Sequence record: MH675927.1
DNA from: Escherichia phage vB_vPM_PD114
DNA length: 64,000 nucleotides
Direction: 5' to 3' (one strand)
Positions 33,067-43,641 of this stretch are shown one piece after another. Every line of letters starts with the position of its first letter. The stretch's first letter is position 1. The position numbers were made by a program, and so were the translations under genes. A model generated the notes under the pieces. That model was given only the letters and a program-made list of their open reading frames with translations. It did not search any database and was not told the DNA's origin.

Positions 33067-33615
33067 ATGCTTGTAGCTAGTGACCTTGTACCTATGATCC
33101 GCATATTGGTGTTTAATCCTTCACAAGAAACACTTCCTGATGCAATGATTGAACAAATCATTCAAACGTGGATAGATGTGCTAGGAAATGATGATGCCAA
33201 TAAATGTGCCGTATTGTGGAACAGTCTGATCTCTGTACTTGAATACTTGTGGAATACAGACGTACTAAATCATAATACACAGACAGGTGGTGCTCTTTCT
33301 AGAAAAGAGAAAGTTGGCGAAGTACAGGTTGAAGTAACCTTTGGTACTGGACAGACAGAATACATCTCACCTTGGGAAAATATCTATAAAGGATATCTTG
33401 ATGGTGATATGATGATACCTGGTTGTACTTCTGGCAGAGGTGTAACGAGTAAAGTATTAGTTGGTGGTGTTGATGCTCGTGAAATTGATCGTGTCAACAG
33501 TGATCCTAATTCAGTAAATGGTTTAGGTGGTGTTGGCAGTGTAGATCGACATACGAGAAATATCAAGTATGCCAGAAACTATGGCCCCATTGGTTACTAC
33601 AGAAGGGATAAATAA
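33067..33615 (+). CDS. head-tail joining/structural protein (putative)
   Basis: ACAGGAGG...ATG; ORF track; stop overlaps next start (TAATG). Confidence 0.35.
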   Translation: MLVASDLVPMIRILVFNPSQETLPDAMIEQIIQTWIDVLGNDDANKCAVLWNSLISVLEYLWNTDVLNHNTQTGGALSRKEKVGEVQVEVTFGTGQTEYISPWENIYKGYLDGDMMIPGCTSGRGVTSKVLVGGVDAREIDRVNSDPNSVNGLGGVGSVDRHTRNIKYARNYGPIGYYRRDK

Positions 33616-34103
33616 TGAAATGTGAGATCAAACGTGGCGATGATATGTCGTTAGATGAATATTTTAGTAAAATGCTGGCTCTGGATAATATAGAAATAGA
33701 TGCTGGTTTTCTTACTGCTGTTCGCCATCCAGAATCAGATCTCACTATCCCTGCAATTGCTGCCATACAACAGTTTGGTAATGAAACAAACAATACTCCT
33801 GCACGTCCGTTTTTAACGGATGGTGCAGTCCACGCCAGCAAAGAAATACCTAAACATTTTGATGAAGTGTTTAGAGATTATTTACTTCGTGGAAGGGGTT
33901 TAGCTGCCTTTGAACCTATTGCAAAAGTTTCACGAGAATCTATTGCTAAAGCGATTGCTCTGCAACGTTATAGACCACTATCTCCTGTGACTATCAAAAT
34001 CCGTAGAGATAAAGGTAACTACTCTTCTCATATTCTTATTGATACTGGACACTTAATTAACAGTATTGAATCAGAAATCAAGAAGGGTCGTTCTAAAAAA
34101 TAA
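33615..34103 (+). CDS. structural protein (putative)
   Basis: Translationally coupled (TAATG); ORF track. Confidence 0.35.
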   Translation: MKCEIKRGDDMSLDEYFSKMLALDNIEIDAGFLTAVRHPESDLTIPAIAAIQQFGNETNNTPARPFLTDGAVHASKEIPKHFDEVFRDYLLRGRGLAAFEPIAKVSRESIAKAIALQRYRPLSPVTIKIRRDKGNYSSHILIDTGHLINSIESEIKKGRSKK

Positions 34104-34147
34104 CTTGCAATAAGTCTGTTTTTGATGTATACTAAAAAGGAGATACA

Positions 34148-34564
34148 ATGCTATTAGACCAATTTACTCTCCTTGATCTTACAACGTATCAGGGTCGTAA
34201 AAGAACCTATGTTCAAGATCCTGATTCGCCAATTTCCAATATGGGTAATACAGTAGCATACGAAGACTTTACAATAGAGGCTGCAAGTTTGCAACCAATA
34301 TCAGGTAGAACACTTCAAGCACTGCCAGAAGGATACAGATCTAAGGCACAATATAGCTTCTGGACAAAAACAGAAATCAGAGGCATTCAGCAAGGATCAG
34401 ATCAATTATCTGACCAAATACTAATAGATGGACAATGGTTTTCCATTTATTCTTTGAAAGATTGGACAAGAACATCTTTCTTAATACACACACATTGTGT
34501 TGCTATTCTAGATGACCAGAATAACACCTATTCTTATTCTGAGGAGGGTGGTAATTTTGGCTAA
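34148..34564 (+). CDS. structural protein (putative)
   Basis: AAGGAG...ATG; ORF track. Confidence 0.35.
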   Translation: MLLDQFTLLDLTTYQGRKRTYVQDPDSPISNMGNTVAYEDFTIEAASLQPISGRTLQALPEGYRSKAQYSFWTKTEIRGIQQGSDQLSDQILIDGQWFSIYSLKDWTRTSFLIHTHCVAILDDQNNTYSYSEEGGNFG

Positions 34565-35213
34565 TATCTACGAACAAATTGAATTGTATGAAAATACGAT
34601 ATTATTAAATATCGCTAAGTTCTTACAAAGACTCGTGGGGCTTCCGGTTTATGTTATGGATAAGCCATTTGTTAAACCAACAACCCCATATCTGACATTA
34701 CGTATTGTATCATCTGATGATTCAGGTGGTTGGTCACAAAAATATTCTTTTAGTGAAGATGCGTTTTCATATCTAATGGACAATAAGTATGAAATAGAAC
34801 TTATGGCTTTTAGAGGAAGACCAATGACACTTTTAAGTTATGTTCTTGCGGCACTTCGTGGTGCAGATGAATTAAAATACCAGTATCTTTATTCCAAAGG
34901 TATTAGCTTCTTGTCTGCAACAAATGTTGCACAGGCTAACACTGTTCTGGATGGAGATAAAACTGAACAAAGAGCGAGAATATTTCTTACATTCAATACT
35001 ACGATGGTTATTGAGGATTTAGTAACTACCGAAATTGAAGCAATTAATATGAACATTCATTCGTTCAGAGATGATTACGATGATCCTACTCCAATAGATC
35101 TTCCTTTGGATAAGATTTACATTGTTGCTCACAGAAGTAAAACTTATTACTTTACGACGACTGATGATGGATCATTAATTAAGTATATCCCAACGGATAA
35201 TTCATTGGAATAA
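34557..35213 (+). CDS. structural protein (putative); start set at TTG after GGAGGG
   Basis: Track ORF 34512-35213 trimmed to the start with an RBS. Confidence 0.3.
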   Translation: MANIYEQIELYENTILLNIAKFLQRLVGLPVYVMDKPFVKPTTPYLTLRIVSSDDSGGWSQKYSFSEDAFSYLMDNKYEIELMAFRGRPMTLLSYVLAALRGADELKYQYLYSKGISFLSATNVAQANTVLDGDKTEQRARIFLTFNTTMVIEDLVTTEIEAINMNIHSFRDDYDDPTPIDLPLDKIYIVAHRSKTYYFTTTDDGSLIKYIPTDNSLE

Positions 35214-35233
35214 AGTTTCTAACAGGAGCATAA

Positions 35234-36640
35234 ATGGCAACTTTTCGTGATAAGGTAGTTTCCGTAACCCTTACCTACGGTGCTACTTCAATTAGTGAAA
35301 CACAGTTTGATATCCCTCTAATTCTTACAGGGCATAACGTTACTGGCAATCTTGTAGATTATTTCACTTCTTCAGACGCACTTCTGCAAGCAGGTTTTGG
35401 CACTGCCGATCCAGCTTATAAAATGGCAAAACTACTATTTGACGGTCTGTTCGCACCAGAACAAGTTATCGTCGGTAAGCGTGATGTTTCTAAAACAACT
35501 CTAACTCCAGTAGTTGAAGATAGTGCAACTTACGTTATCACTATTAAAGCAAATTCAAAAAGCAAGGACTTCAAGTTTGTTGCCGATGATACTGCAACTG
35601 CTCAAGAGATTGTTGTTGGTTTAACAGAAATGATCAACGCAGACATGGTGTATAAAGAATTCTTCACTGTGTCAAACGATGGTAGTGTTATCACTGTAAC
35701 CCCAGTTGCAGGTAAATACGCTACTATGGATAGTTCAGGATTCACAACTAAAGTAGAATATGCAAATGATATCTTAGAAGATATTGCTAAAATTGCAGAT
35801 TATGAAAACAGTTGGTTCTGGTTACTATCTGATTCTCACGCAGAACAAGATATTATCGATCTAGCAGGTTATGTAGAAGAGCACGATAAAGTGTATTTCT
35901 TCTCTACCTCGCAACCAGGTGTTCTAACTAAACAAGAAGATAACATTCTAGAACGCTTAGGTGATATGGGCTACAATAACACTTGTATGGCATTGTGGAT
36001 GACTAACGCTGATACAGTGTTCCCAGAAGCTGCTGTAGTTGGTTCTATCTGCTCTGCAACACCAGGTACTACTACCCTGCATGGTAAAACCCTTGTTGGT
36101 ATCGAGATTGAAAAACTTGGTCAGACAGCAGAAAACTTTATCGTTCAACAGAATGGTAATATTTACCGTAAAGAACACGGTGTTCTGTTCTACCGTGATG
36201 GTTTCATGGTTAGTGGTTTCTATGTTGACTATGTGGTACACGCTCTGTGGTTCAAAGCTCGTGTAGAAGAATCTCTGTTCGCTCTATTTAAACAGCAATC
36301 TATGCTTGGTAGTGGTGTTAGAGCAACTTCTGCTGGTCTTGCTTTGATTCGTCAGGCTGTTACTGCAAACCCAATCCAAGTAGGTATTAACAATGGTTCT
36401 ATTGCCAATGAGGTAGTAACTTCAGAGGAAACAGGACTTCTGGTAAGCCTTAAACCTACTATCTATATCCCATCTCGTGCAGATATGACTGATGCTCAAA
36501 TCAATGCACGTTTGGTTGATGGTATGGTTATTGAATACGTATATGCTGGATTCTTCCACTATGTTAAAGTGCAGGTAAACGTTCTGACGAACCGCACTGC
36601 AAATAGCCAGAATTCCAATAGCTCTACTGTATCTTCATAA
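35234..36640 (+). CDS. tail sheath protein (putative)
   Basis: 468 aa ORF directly upstream of a ~160 aa tube-like ORF and tape measure; order and sizes typical of contractile tails. Confidence 0.5.
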   Translation: MATFRDKVVSVTLTYGATSISETQFDIPLILTGHNVTGNLVDYFTSSDALLQAGFGTADPAYKMAKLLFDGLFAPEQVIVGKRDVSKTTLTPVVEDSATYVITIKANSKSKDFKFVADDTATAQEIVVGLTEMINADMVYKEFFTVSNDGSVITVTPVAGKYATMDSSGFTTKVEYANDILEDIAKIADYENSWFWLLSDSHAEQDIIDLAGYVEEHDKVYFFSTSQPGVLTKQEDNILERLGDMGYNNTCMALWMTNADTVFPEAAVVGSICSATPGTTTLHGKTLVGIEIEKLGQTAENFIVQQNGNIYRKEHGVLFYRDGFMVSGFYVDYVVHALWFKARVEESLFALFKQQSMLGSGVRATSAGLALIRQAVTANPIQVGINNGSIANEVVTSEETGLLVSLKPTIYIPSRADMTDAQINARLVDGMVIEYVYAGFFHYVKVQVNVLTNRTANSQNSNSSTVSS

Positions 36641-36698
36641 TTAAAAGCAGCGGGGGAAACCCCGCTTATATGAAAAGTAGTATAAAAGGAGATCCACT

Positions 36699-37178
36699 TT
36701 GGATAAAATGCTTACTGGCGTAATGGCCTATGATCCTTCTCAAGTAATCCTGTCTTTGGGTGGTTGGGAACCTTGGGGTTTCGCCGCAGATACCAAAATT
36801 GTTATTAACAAAACTAACGATATCATCAACCCATATTCAGGTACTGATGGTGACGTTTCCTTGGCGCTTAGTCGTAACCGTTTAGGTACGCTAACAATGT
36901 CACTGCAACGTACTTCTCCAGCAAACGAAGTTCTTGCTGCTTATGCACAAACGATGTATTCTACTCGTCAAGTAGCATTTAGCGTATATCTGGAAGACCC
37001 TCGCGGATATTATATCAGCACAATTGGTTGGATTCAAAGCCAACCGGACGACACTATTGGTGAAACTATTCAAGAAAACCAATGGGTAATTGGTCTTAAA
37101 GATGCAAGCCTACTTCGTTCTACTGTAGGTGTTGGTGTTAACGCACTTAACTCTATTAGTGCTCTAACTATTCAGTAA
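36699..37178 (+). CDS. tail tube protein (putative)
   Basis: 159 aa ORF after sheath; strong RBS AAAGGAG; terminator hairpin follows. Confidence 0.45.
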   Translation: MDKMLTGVMAYDPSQVILSLGGWEPWGFAADTKIVINKTNDIINPYSGTDGDVSLALSRNRLGTLTMSLQRTSPANEVLAAYAQTMYSTRQVAFSVYLEDPRGYYISTIGWIQSQPDDTIGETIQENQWVIGLKDASLLRSTVGVGVNALNSISALTIQ

Positions 37179-37183
37179 TAAAA

Positions 37184-37206
37184 AGGGCAGAAATGCCCTT
37201 TATTTT
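37184..37206 (+). terminator. hairpin AGGGCA-GAAA-TGCCCT + T-rich tail
   Basis: Read directly. Confidence 0.45.
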
Positions 37207-37221
37207 TAAAGAGAGGAAATA

Positions 37222-37704
37222 ATGGAACAACAAAAAGATAATACTATTGCAAAATTTGCTCGTCCAGAAGTAATGGTTGAAATTGATCTGGATGAAGGAC
37301 GCAGTGTAAAATTTAGAGTTCTCAAGTGGAGTCCGACTAAAGTTTTTGAAAGGATTCCAGAACTAGGTAGTGTACTGGCTGTTCCTATGACAATGTATAA
37401 TACTGCTCTTATGTCAGCAGACGAAGATCTAGAAGCTCGTATTGCTATGGCACTGATCCAATTATTCAGTGGTCTGGAAGAAAAAAACTTAGCTGCATTC
37501 TTACGTAAAATTTTAGATGAAGTTTACACAGAAGCAGGACACAGTGTTTCCGATAATTTTGATGAATTGTTTTTTGCTCACCCAGAATTAGTTGTTGACT
37601 TAGCTGCAAAAGTTCTTGAGGTGAACTATGCCCCTTTTTTCAAACGAGGTTTCGGAAAACTGTTGACCCAATTTCAAGGAATAGAGACTCTAGCGAAGAG
37701 TTAA
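37222..37704 (+). CDS. tail assembly chaperone (putative)
   Basis: Acidic 160 aa ORF between tube and tape measure. Confidence 0.35.
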   Translation: MEQQKDNTIAKFARPEVMVEIDLDEGRSVKFRVLKWSPTKVFERIPELGSVLAVPMTMYNTALMSADEDLEARIAMALIQLFSGLEEKNLAAFLRKILDEVYTEAGHSVSDNFDELFFAHPELVVDLAAKVLEVNYAPFFKRGFGKLLTQFQGIETLAKS

Positions 37705-37751
37705 GTCCGGCAATTAAATCAGCAATTGAAATTGCCTCACAAACCCTTAGC

Positions 37752-37979
37752 TTGACATGGTATGAAGTAATTCTTTGTAAGGTAATTAAGAATACCTCCG
37801 AAACCTTGTCCTCGTTAGATAATTATGGTGTAGATTATCTACTTAAAATTTATGAATATTTAACATTTGAAGACTATGTACAAGATCTTCACGTTAAAGA
37901 TGCGGATATTAAACGTGGTCAACAGAGAACAATAAGAGAACTGGATACGGCTATGAAAAAATTAATTCCAGATTCATAA
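37752..37979 (+). CDS. hypothetical protein (75 aa) upstream of tape measure
   Basis: ORF track. Confidence 0.3.
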   Translation: MTWYEVILCKVIKNTSETLSSLDNYGVDYLLKIYEYLTFEDYVQDLHVKDADIKRGQQRTIRELDTAMKKLIPDS

Positions 37980-37998
37980 GTAATACGGAGGATTACCC

Positions 37999-39978
37999 TT
38001 GTTAGAAATTAACACTTCCAAGATTAAGAATACAGTAACGTTTACTGTAGATAAAGACAGTTTAAAAAATACTAAAGACGCAATTAAAAACCTTAAAACT
38101 TTTACAGAATCTATTGAACCATCTTTAAATATGACTAAAATGCGTCGTCAGTTTAAAAGTATGGAAGAGTATGCTAAAAGAATAAGGCAGCAAATGTCAG
38201 GTCTTGGCGGCGGTAATCCTCCACCAATCCCACCAACCGGAGGTTCAAGTGGTGGTGGAAAAGGAGGAAGTGGTAGAGGTGGTTCTGGATCTTCTGGAGG
38301 ACGTAAAACACCAGAAGAAAGAGCCGCAGAAGCCGCCGCTAAACGTGCAGCACTTGCTAATATGAAGCAAGACGATTTTAGTTTTAAAGCTATGCCTTTT
38401 ACAAAAGCAGACAGCAGAATTCTAGAAAAATCTAAAAAGATTGTAGAAGAAACTATTGAACTTTATCGTAAAGGTGTGATCACTAGCCAACAAATGAATA
38501 ATACTTTGGCTAGACAGTTAGAAGAACTACGCAGATCTCATAAAGAGAAGAATGCACAACTTCTTGATGAAGAGAGAGCTAGACGTAGAATTGCCCGTCT
38601 GCAAGAAGCAGAAGATAAAAGAAGACAGCGTATCCGAGAAAGAGAAAGAAAGGATTTCGAACGTCAGCAAAGAAGAGAAAAAGAAGCAAGACAACGCGAC
38701 AGACAACGTAAGCTATCTGGTGTAGGTAATGCTGCTATTGCTCTTAACCCTGCTATGTTTGGTGCTGCTCTTTTAGGTGCTGGTTTATATCAAGGTATAA
38801 GCAAAATAGCTGAAAGTATCACAACTGCGGCAGAACGTATTAATATGGTTAGTAAAGGTGGTCAGAACGTACAGGTAAACCCTAACGCAATTTTAACAAT
38901 GCGTACTTGGGGTGAAATGAACGGTGTAGACTCTGCCAGCATTATTAAAGCCATTGACAATATTAAAGACGTTCGTGAACGTTTAGGTAATACTGTACTC
39001 CACTCTGAATTTGATGAAAAATCAGGTAAATGGAAAGGTGGAGACAGTGGTATTAATGAAATCATGAACCAATTTGGTTGGTCGAAAGAAGATGTTGCTA
39101 AATTCCAGAACAGACCTCTAGACTTTGTTCAAGCACTTGTTAATGAAGGTCAAAAAAGAGGAATGAACTCCGCGCAAATTGGTCGTTTGATGGAAAACCT
39201 TGGTGATGACTTAATGCACTACCAACGTATGTTTTTGGATAACGGTAAAGAGTACATGAAAGTCTTGGATATGTTAAAAAATTCAGGAGCAACTCTTAAC
39301 GATGAAAACATCAAAGCAGCACAAGATTTTGTTAAACTAAGAGCACAAATTAGTGCAGCAGGAGAAGGTTTTACCAATAACTTACTTGTAGGGTTTATGG
39401 ATGGTTTAAAATCTGCACCAGATTTTGCAGAAAATATGAAAACTTTCCAAGAAGCTGCTCGTGGTCTTGGTGAAATGTCTGGTAGTATTGTAAGTAGCCT
39501 TGCAAAAATTGCAAAATATTTCCTTGATTTTTCCAATAAGGTTGGGCCAAAAAACAATACTAAAGAAGCTGTAAGAGATTATTATAATGGTACGCAGTAT
39601 GGGTACGATGCACAGGTTGGTGGTAATCCTTGGGCTTATTGGCCTATTGGAAGAGATCAACATAAACCTGAAAATCAACCTTTAGGTGACTTTGATAGTA
39701 GTTTCTTAACTAGCGCCTTAAATCCAAGTGCTTCTAGTATTGGTTACAATAGACCTGATTTAACAGCATCTATGCTAACACCACGCCAAGGTGTTCCAGT
39801 ACCGTTAAGTCTAGAGAATACGGTTGTTATCCCAGACAACGCATTCCAGATTAATGTTATTCCAGATGGTTATGGTTTTAGTAATTATCTAGATGCGACA
39901 ATGAATACCAGTTTTAGTAACTTCTCACAAGGTTTAACTCTTCAGTTAAGCAGTGGACAATCTTCTACTGGTGGTTAA
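37999..39978 (+). CDS. tail tape measure protein (putative)
   Basis: 659 aa; Gly-rich low-complexity stretch (GGGNPPPIPPTGGSSGGGKGGSGRGGSGSSGG), R/E-rich coiled coil, hydrophobic segment; TTG start after GGAGGA. Confidence 0.55.
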   Translation: MLEINTSKIKNTVTFTVDKDSLKNTKDAIKNLKTFTESIEPSLNMTKMRRQFKSMEEYAKRIRQQMSGLGGGNPPPIPPTGGSSGGGKGGSGRGGSGSSGGRKTPEERAAEAAAKRAALANMKQDDFSFKAMPFTKADSRILEKSKKIVEETIELYRKGVITSQQMNNTLARQLEELRRSHKEKNAQLLDEERARRRIARLQEAEDKRRQRIRERERKDFERQQRREKEARQRDRQRKLSGVGNAAIALNPAMFGAALLGAGLYQGISKIAESITTAAERINMVSKGGQNVQVNPNAILTMRTWGEMNGVDSASIIKAIDNIKDVRERLGNTVLHSEFDEKSGKWKGGDSGINEIMNQFGWSKEDVAKFQNRPLDFVQALVNEGQKRGMNSAQIGRLMENLGDDLMHYQRMFLDNGKEYMKVLDMLKNSGATLNDENIKAAQDFVKLRAQISAAGEGFTNNLLVGFMDGLKSAPDFAENMKTFQEAARGLGEMSGSIVSSLAKIAKYFLDFSNKVGPKNNTKEAVRDYYNGTQYGYDAQVGGNPWAYWPIGRDQHKPENQPLGDFDSSFLTSALNPSASSIGYNRPDLTASMLTPRQGVPVPLSLENTVVIPDNAFQINVIPDGYGFSNYLDATMNTSFSNFSQGLTLQLSSGQSSTGG

Positions 39979-39984
39979 TGCATA

Positions 39985-40012
39985 AAGCCTCGCTTCGGCG
40001 GGGCTTTTTATT
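39985..40012 (+). terminator. rho-independent terminator AGCCTCGC-TTCG-GCGGGGCT + TTTTTATTT
   Basis: Read directly. Confidence 0.55.
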
Positions 40013-40016
40013 TGTC

Positions 40017-40046
40017 TTGACAAAGAGTTGTTTTTCGTGATAAAAT
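40017..40046 (+). promoter_or_regulatory. sigma70-like promoter TTGACA-N18-TAAAAT with TG extended -10
   Basis: Read directly. Confidence 0.45.
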
Positions 40047-40093
40047 GAGTGATAAGGGAGAATGTTTCTTATCACATTAAGAGGTAAAATTAT

Positions 40094-40804
40094 ATGGCAG
40101 CAAACACTCCAGAACAACACGTTCAAGCGGTTTATAAAGCGGAACAAGATATAAATTCTACAAAAAACACAAATAACTCTGCCTCTACTGTGAAAGGGGA
40201 GAATGGTTTTTGTATTTTAGCAAGTGTTTACAATAGTGCAAGTGATCAATATATTCAAAACTACCAGGCTATAGTTTTTGATGCTGTGCCAAATATCGGT
40301 GTAAAACGTCAAGCAGATGTAACTAGTTATCCTGTAGAAAATGGTGCTAATGTATCGGATCACGTTCAAGTTAAGAATAATACTTTCTCTTTATCAGGAA
40401 TGATTACAGAGACACCTGTAAGATTAATGCGAGATATGCTATATAGTGCTGGTGTTAACGGTACTCGTATCAGTCAAGCAATTACTTACTTAGATAAAAT
40501 ATTTGATGAAAGACAGCCTATCATTTTAATAACAGAACATAAGGTGTATGAGAATGTTATTTTGAAAGGCATATCATATGAATATCAAACAGAGTATGCA
40601 ATGCAATTTGACTTGGAATTTGAACAAGTAAGATTAGTTTCCTACGGGGAAACAAATGCTATTGCACTTAAGACAAAACCAAATAAGAATACAGGTGTTA
40701 AAAACAAGAAAGGTACTAGTCCAGATGCTGATTTGGATGCAAGAACAGGGAAAGCAACTGGTACAGAACATCTTAGTGATCACAGTGCAGATGGTAAAAA
40801 ATAA
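40094..40804 (+). CDS. tail/baseplate structural protein (putative)
   Basis: ORF track; position. Confidence 0.35.
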   Translation: MAANTPEQHVQAVYKAEQDINSTKNTNNSASTVKGENGFCILASVYNSASDQYIQNYQAIVFDAVPNIGVKRQADVTSYPVENGANVSDHVQVKNNTFSLSGMITETPVRLMRDMLYSAGVNGTRISQAITYLDKIFDERQPIILITEHKVYENVILKGISYEYQTEYAMQFDLEFEQVRLVSYGETNAIALKTKPNKNTGVKNKKGTSPDADLDARTGKATGTEHLSDHSADGKK

Positions 40805-40815
40805 GGAGAAAATTT

Positions 40816-41235
40816 TTGGCTATTTCATCTTATTCAAAGATCAGTAGAAGCACATCTAATAGTGGCTACAATGCAGTATTTATTGATCGAAATTTAGGTT
40901 ATTATTCTTGGTACTTACCTACAGAACAGTACCCAGACCAAACATATACGGTAACTCTCGATGGAGTAGATTATGATATACGTTTGAGATGGAATACAAG
41001 AGATCAAGCGTGGCAAATGCAATTAGGATTATCAGGAGACAACCCTAGTGTAACTTTTAAAGTAACCAATGGTTTAGATCTTCTAGAACCATATAAGTAT
41101 ATAGAATCTGTGCCGGATGGTCAACTCTATTTGGTAGATACTGTTAAAATAAACGGTAGACCTAATTACTATGACACAGGTGTAGATAAAAGATTTGCTT
41201 TGGTTTATATCGACGCTCTTCCATATCAAGCATGA
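40816..41235 (+). CDS. tail/baseplate structural protein (putative)
   Basis: ORF track. Confidence 0.35.
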   Translation: MAISSYSKISRSTSNSGYNAVFIDRNLGYYSWYLPTEQYPDQTYTVTLDGVDYDIRLRWNTRDQAWQMQLGLSGDNPSVTFKVTNGLDLLEPYKYIESVPDGQLYLVDTVKINGRPNYYDTGVDKRFALVYIDALPYQA

Positions 41236-41251
41236 TAAAAGGAGTTTTTAA

Positions 41252-42262
41252 ATGGCAGAAGAAAGAAATTACACAAAAGCTCCTGCACCCAATCTAAACA
41301 GAGCATACAAACTGTTAATAGGTACAGCTACTAATACTAAAGAAAAAAGGACAAAAAATTCCTCTTTCAAATCTACAGTAGACTTAGATACTAAACTAGG
41401 GGATGCTAAAAAATCAACCCCTAATTTGTATGTTATTACGGAGCACCAAATATCTTTCACAATAAGAAAAGATAATAATAAAGATCCTAATCAAGCCGAG
41501 ATAACTATTTATAACCTAAGTGATGATACTGTTAATTATATTAACAAAGGTATTCGTAACAACTTGGCTGTTGCTTTGGCAGTAGGTTATGAAGGTCAAG
41601 AGTTAATTATGATCTTTAAGGGAACGGTGCAGTGGGTGAGTGATACCTTTAACAATACAGACAGACGTACAGTGTTACATTGTCTGGATGGTGGTATTAA
41701 CATCTCCGAAGCAAGGACAAGCAGAAGTTATCCGAAAGGTACAAAAGTAAGTAAGGTTGTTAAAGATTTAGTTAAAGATTTAGGTACTACAGAAGGTAAT
41801 ATTCACGTAGATACAGAGAAAACTTTATCATCTGCAACAGCTATGTGTGGGAACACATCACATTACTTAGAAAGTATCTGTAAAGGTATTGATCATAATG
41901 TGTCAATACAAGACGGATCTGTTTACGTAACACCAAGATCACAAATGTCTAGTGCAAGATGCGCATATATTAGTGCAGAAACAGGTTTAATTGGTAGTCC
42001 AGAACCTTTCCACAACGATATTAAACCGACACAAAAAGTAACTAAATCTTCTAAGAAAGCTAAAAAGCCTACAGATGGTGTTAAGTTCAGATGTGAAATG
42101 AACGGTGCTATCTTACCAGAAAAAACTGTTTGGCTCAAGAGCCATAATTACGATGGTGGTTTTAAGGTAGTATCTGTTGTTCATACAGGAGATAGGGAAG
42201 GTAAAGACTGGACAACTGAAGTAGAGTCTGTATCTGTATCTGCAATTATTAAGAAGGGCTAG
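41252..42262 (+). CDS. baseplate hub-like protein (putative)
   Basis: ORF track; position before spike-like gene. Confidence 0.3.
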   Translation: MAEERNYTKAPAPNLNRAYKLLIGTATNTKEKRTKNSSFKSTVDLDTKLGDAKKSTPNLYVITEHQISFTIRKDNNKDPNQAEITIYNLSDDTVNYINKGIRNNLAVALAVGYEGQELIMIFKGTVQWVSDTFNNTDRRTVLHCLDGGINISEARTSRSYPKGTKVSKVVKDLVKDLGTTEGNIHVDTEKTLSSATAMCGNTSHYLESICKGIDHNVSIQDGSVYVTPRSQMSSARCAYISAETGLIGSPEPFHNDIKPTQKVTKSSKKAKKPTDGVKFRCEMNGAILPEKTVWLKSHNYDGGFKVVSVVHTGDREGKDWTTEVESVSVSAIIKKG

Positions 42263-42264
42263 AA

Positions 42265-43002
42265 ATGGATGCTTTAAATTTTGTAACAGCAATCCGTGGA
42301 TTAATCAACGAGCAAGTTGCGGAAGTACATACATCTTTACCTGTAAGGGTAATTGGTGTAGATTATGGATCTAAGACAGTAACTTTAGAATCTATCGTAA
42401 AAAATACCAGATCGACTGAAGATGAAATAGATTATCCAACATTCCACGATGTTCCTTTTATGGTAAATGGTGGTGGTACAGGTAGAATTTCATTTCCAAT
42501 TAAAGCAGGAGATATTGGTGTTGTTGTTTTTTCAGAAAGAGATCCGTCGAATGCTTTCCAGACAGACGGAGATACAGCCAGCAGCGGAACATTAATTCAA
42601 CCTTGTGGTTTGTATCCAGCCTGTTTTATTCCTAAGATAGCAACAGCTACAGATTCTTCTGAAGAAGTAGATTCTGAAAAAGTTGTTATCTCAAATAATA
42701 AGCAAACTTACGCTTCGTTTGATCCTAACGGTAATATATCTGTGTACAACACACAAGGTATGAAAATAGATATGACACCAAACAGTATCGTTCTTACTGA
42801 TGCAGGAGGAGGAAAACTTACACTGCAAGGCGGGACTATGACATATAAAGGTGGTACTGTAAATTTAAACGGTTTAACAATCACACCTGACGGTCGTATG
42901 AAAGATAGTGGTGGCATTGGTTTACACACACATACACACCCTGTACGCGGTGTTGAAACTGGTGGTAGCACTGTTACTTCCGACAAACCAAATGGAGGTT
43001 AA
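42265..43002 (+). CDS. baseplate spike protein (gpV-like, putative)
   Basis: N-terminal ...LPVRVIGVDYGSKTVTLESIV... reminiscent of P2 gpV OB-fold N-terminus; Gly-rich C-terminus. Confidence 0.4.
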   Translation: MDALNFVTAIRGLINEQVAEVHTSLPVRVIGVDYGSKTVTLESIVKNTRSTEDEIDYPTFHDVPFMVNGGGTGRISFPIKAGDIGVVVFSERDPSNAFQTDGDTASSGTLIQPCGLYPACFIPKIATATDSSEEVDSEKVVISNNKQTYASFDPNGNISVYNTQGMKIDMTPNSIVLTDAGGGKLTLQGGTMTYKGGTVNLNGLTITPDGRMKDSGGIGLHTHTHPVRGVETGGSTVTSDKPNGG

Positions 43003-43005
43003 CAG

Positions 43006-43641
43006 ATGGGAATACCATTTGATTTAAAACTTGATGGTTCTAACGATTTAATAATGGTGGATGGTGATTTAACACTAACCACAACTAAAAGTGAAATTGC
43101 AGCACAGACGCTTGGAATAACACTTAGAACTTTCCGTGGAGAATGGTTCCTCAATTCTAATTTTGGGGTTCCATATCTACAAGAGATTATTGGTGTTGCC
43201 AAGAAGAAAGAGATTGTTGATCGCATTTTCTTATCAACTATCGCAAGTAATGTTTATATAGATAATATCAATTCCTATACATCCTCTTATGATAGAGATG
43301 ATAGGTATTACTCAATGAACGTTACTGTTACAGTTGGTGAACAAGTTGTTAGTGCTCTATTCAGTACACAGCCGTCTGAAGAATATATCTATCCAGAAGC
43401 TGGTGATGATAATGCAGCAATCACTTGTGAAGCATTTGAAATTGTTGAATCTGCAAATAGACTCTATCGCTTTATTAACATTGTTGGTCTTCCTAAAGAT
43501 ACTTATTCTACTTGGTGGAATGAGTGGTCTAACGAGGCATTGCTTGAAAAATACCTTGTTAACGAAGCCAATAAAGGTCTTGCAACCAATTACAATTATG
43601 CTATAACAGCAACAATGGGAGCTACAAATAATAATGGCTGA
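43006..43641 (+). CDS. baseplate protein with gp25/GPW-like N-terminal motif (putative)
   Basis: SEIAAQTLGITLRTFRGEWFLNSNFGVPY resembles the GPW/gp25 motif. Confidence 0.35.
   Translation: MGIPFDLKLDGSNDLIMVDGDLTLTTTKSEIAAQTLGITLRTFRGEWFLNSNFGVPYLQEIIGVAKKKEIVDRIFLSTIASNVYIDNINSYTSSYDRDDRYYSMNVTVTVGEQVVSALFSTQPSEEYIYPEAGDDNAAITCEAFEIVESANRLYRFINIVGLPKDTYSTWWNEWSNEALLEKYLVNEANKGLATNYNYAITATMGATNNNG

Noticed and set aside
37222-37979. Programmed -1 frameshift between tail assembly chaperone ORFs
   Set aside because: The two ORFs are separated by ~50 nt and do not overlap; no slippery heptamer found at the junction; treated as separate genes.
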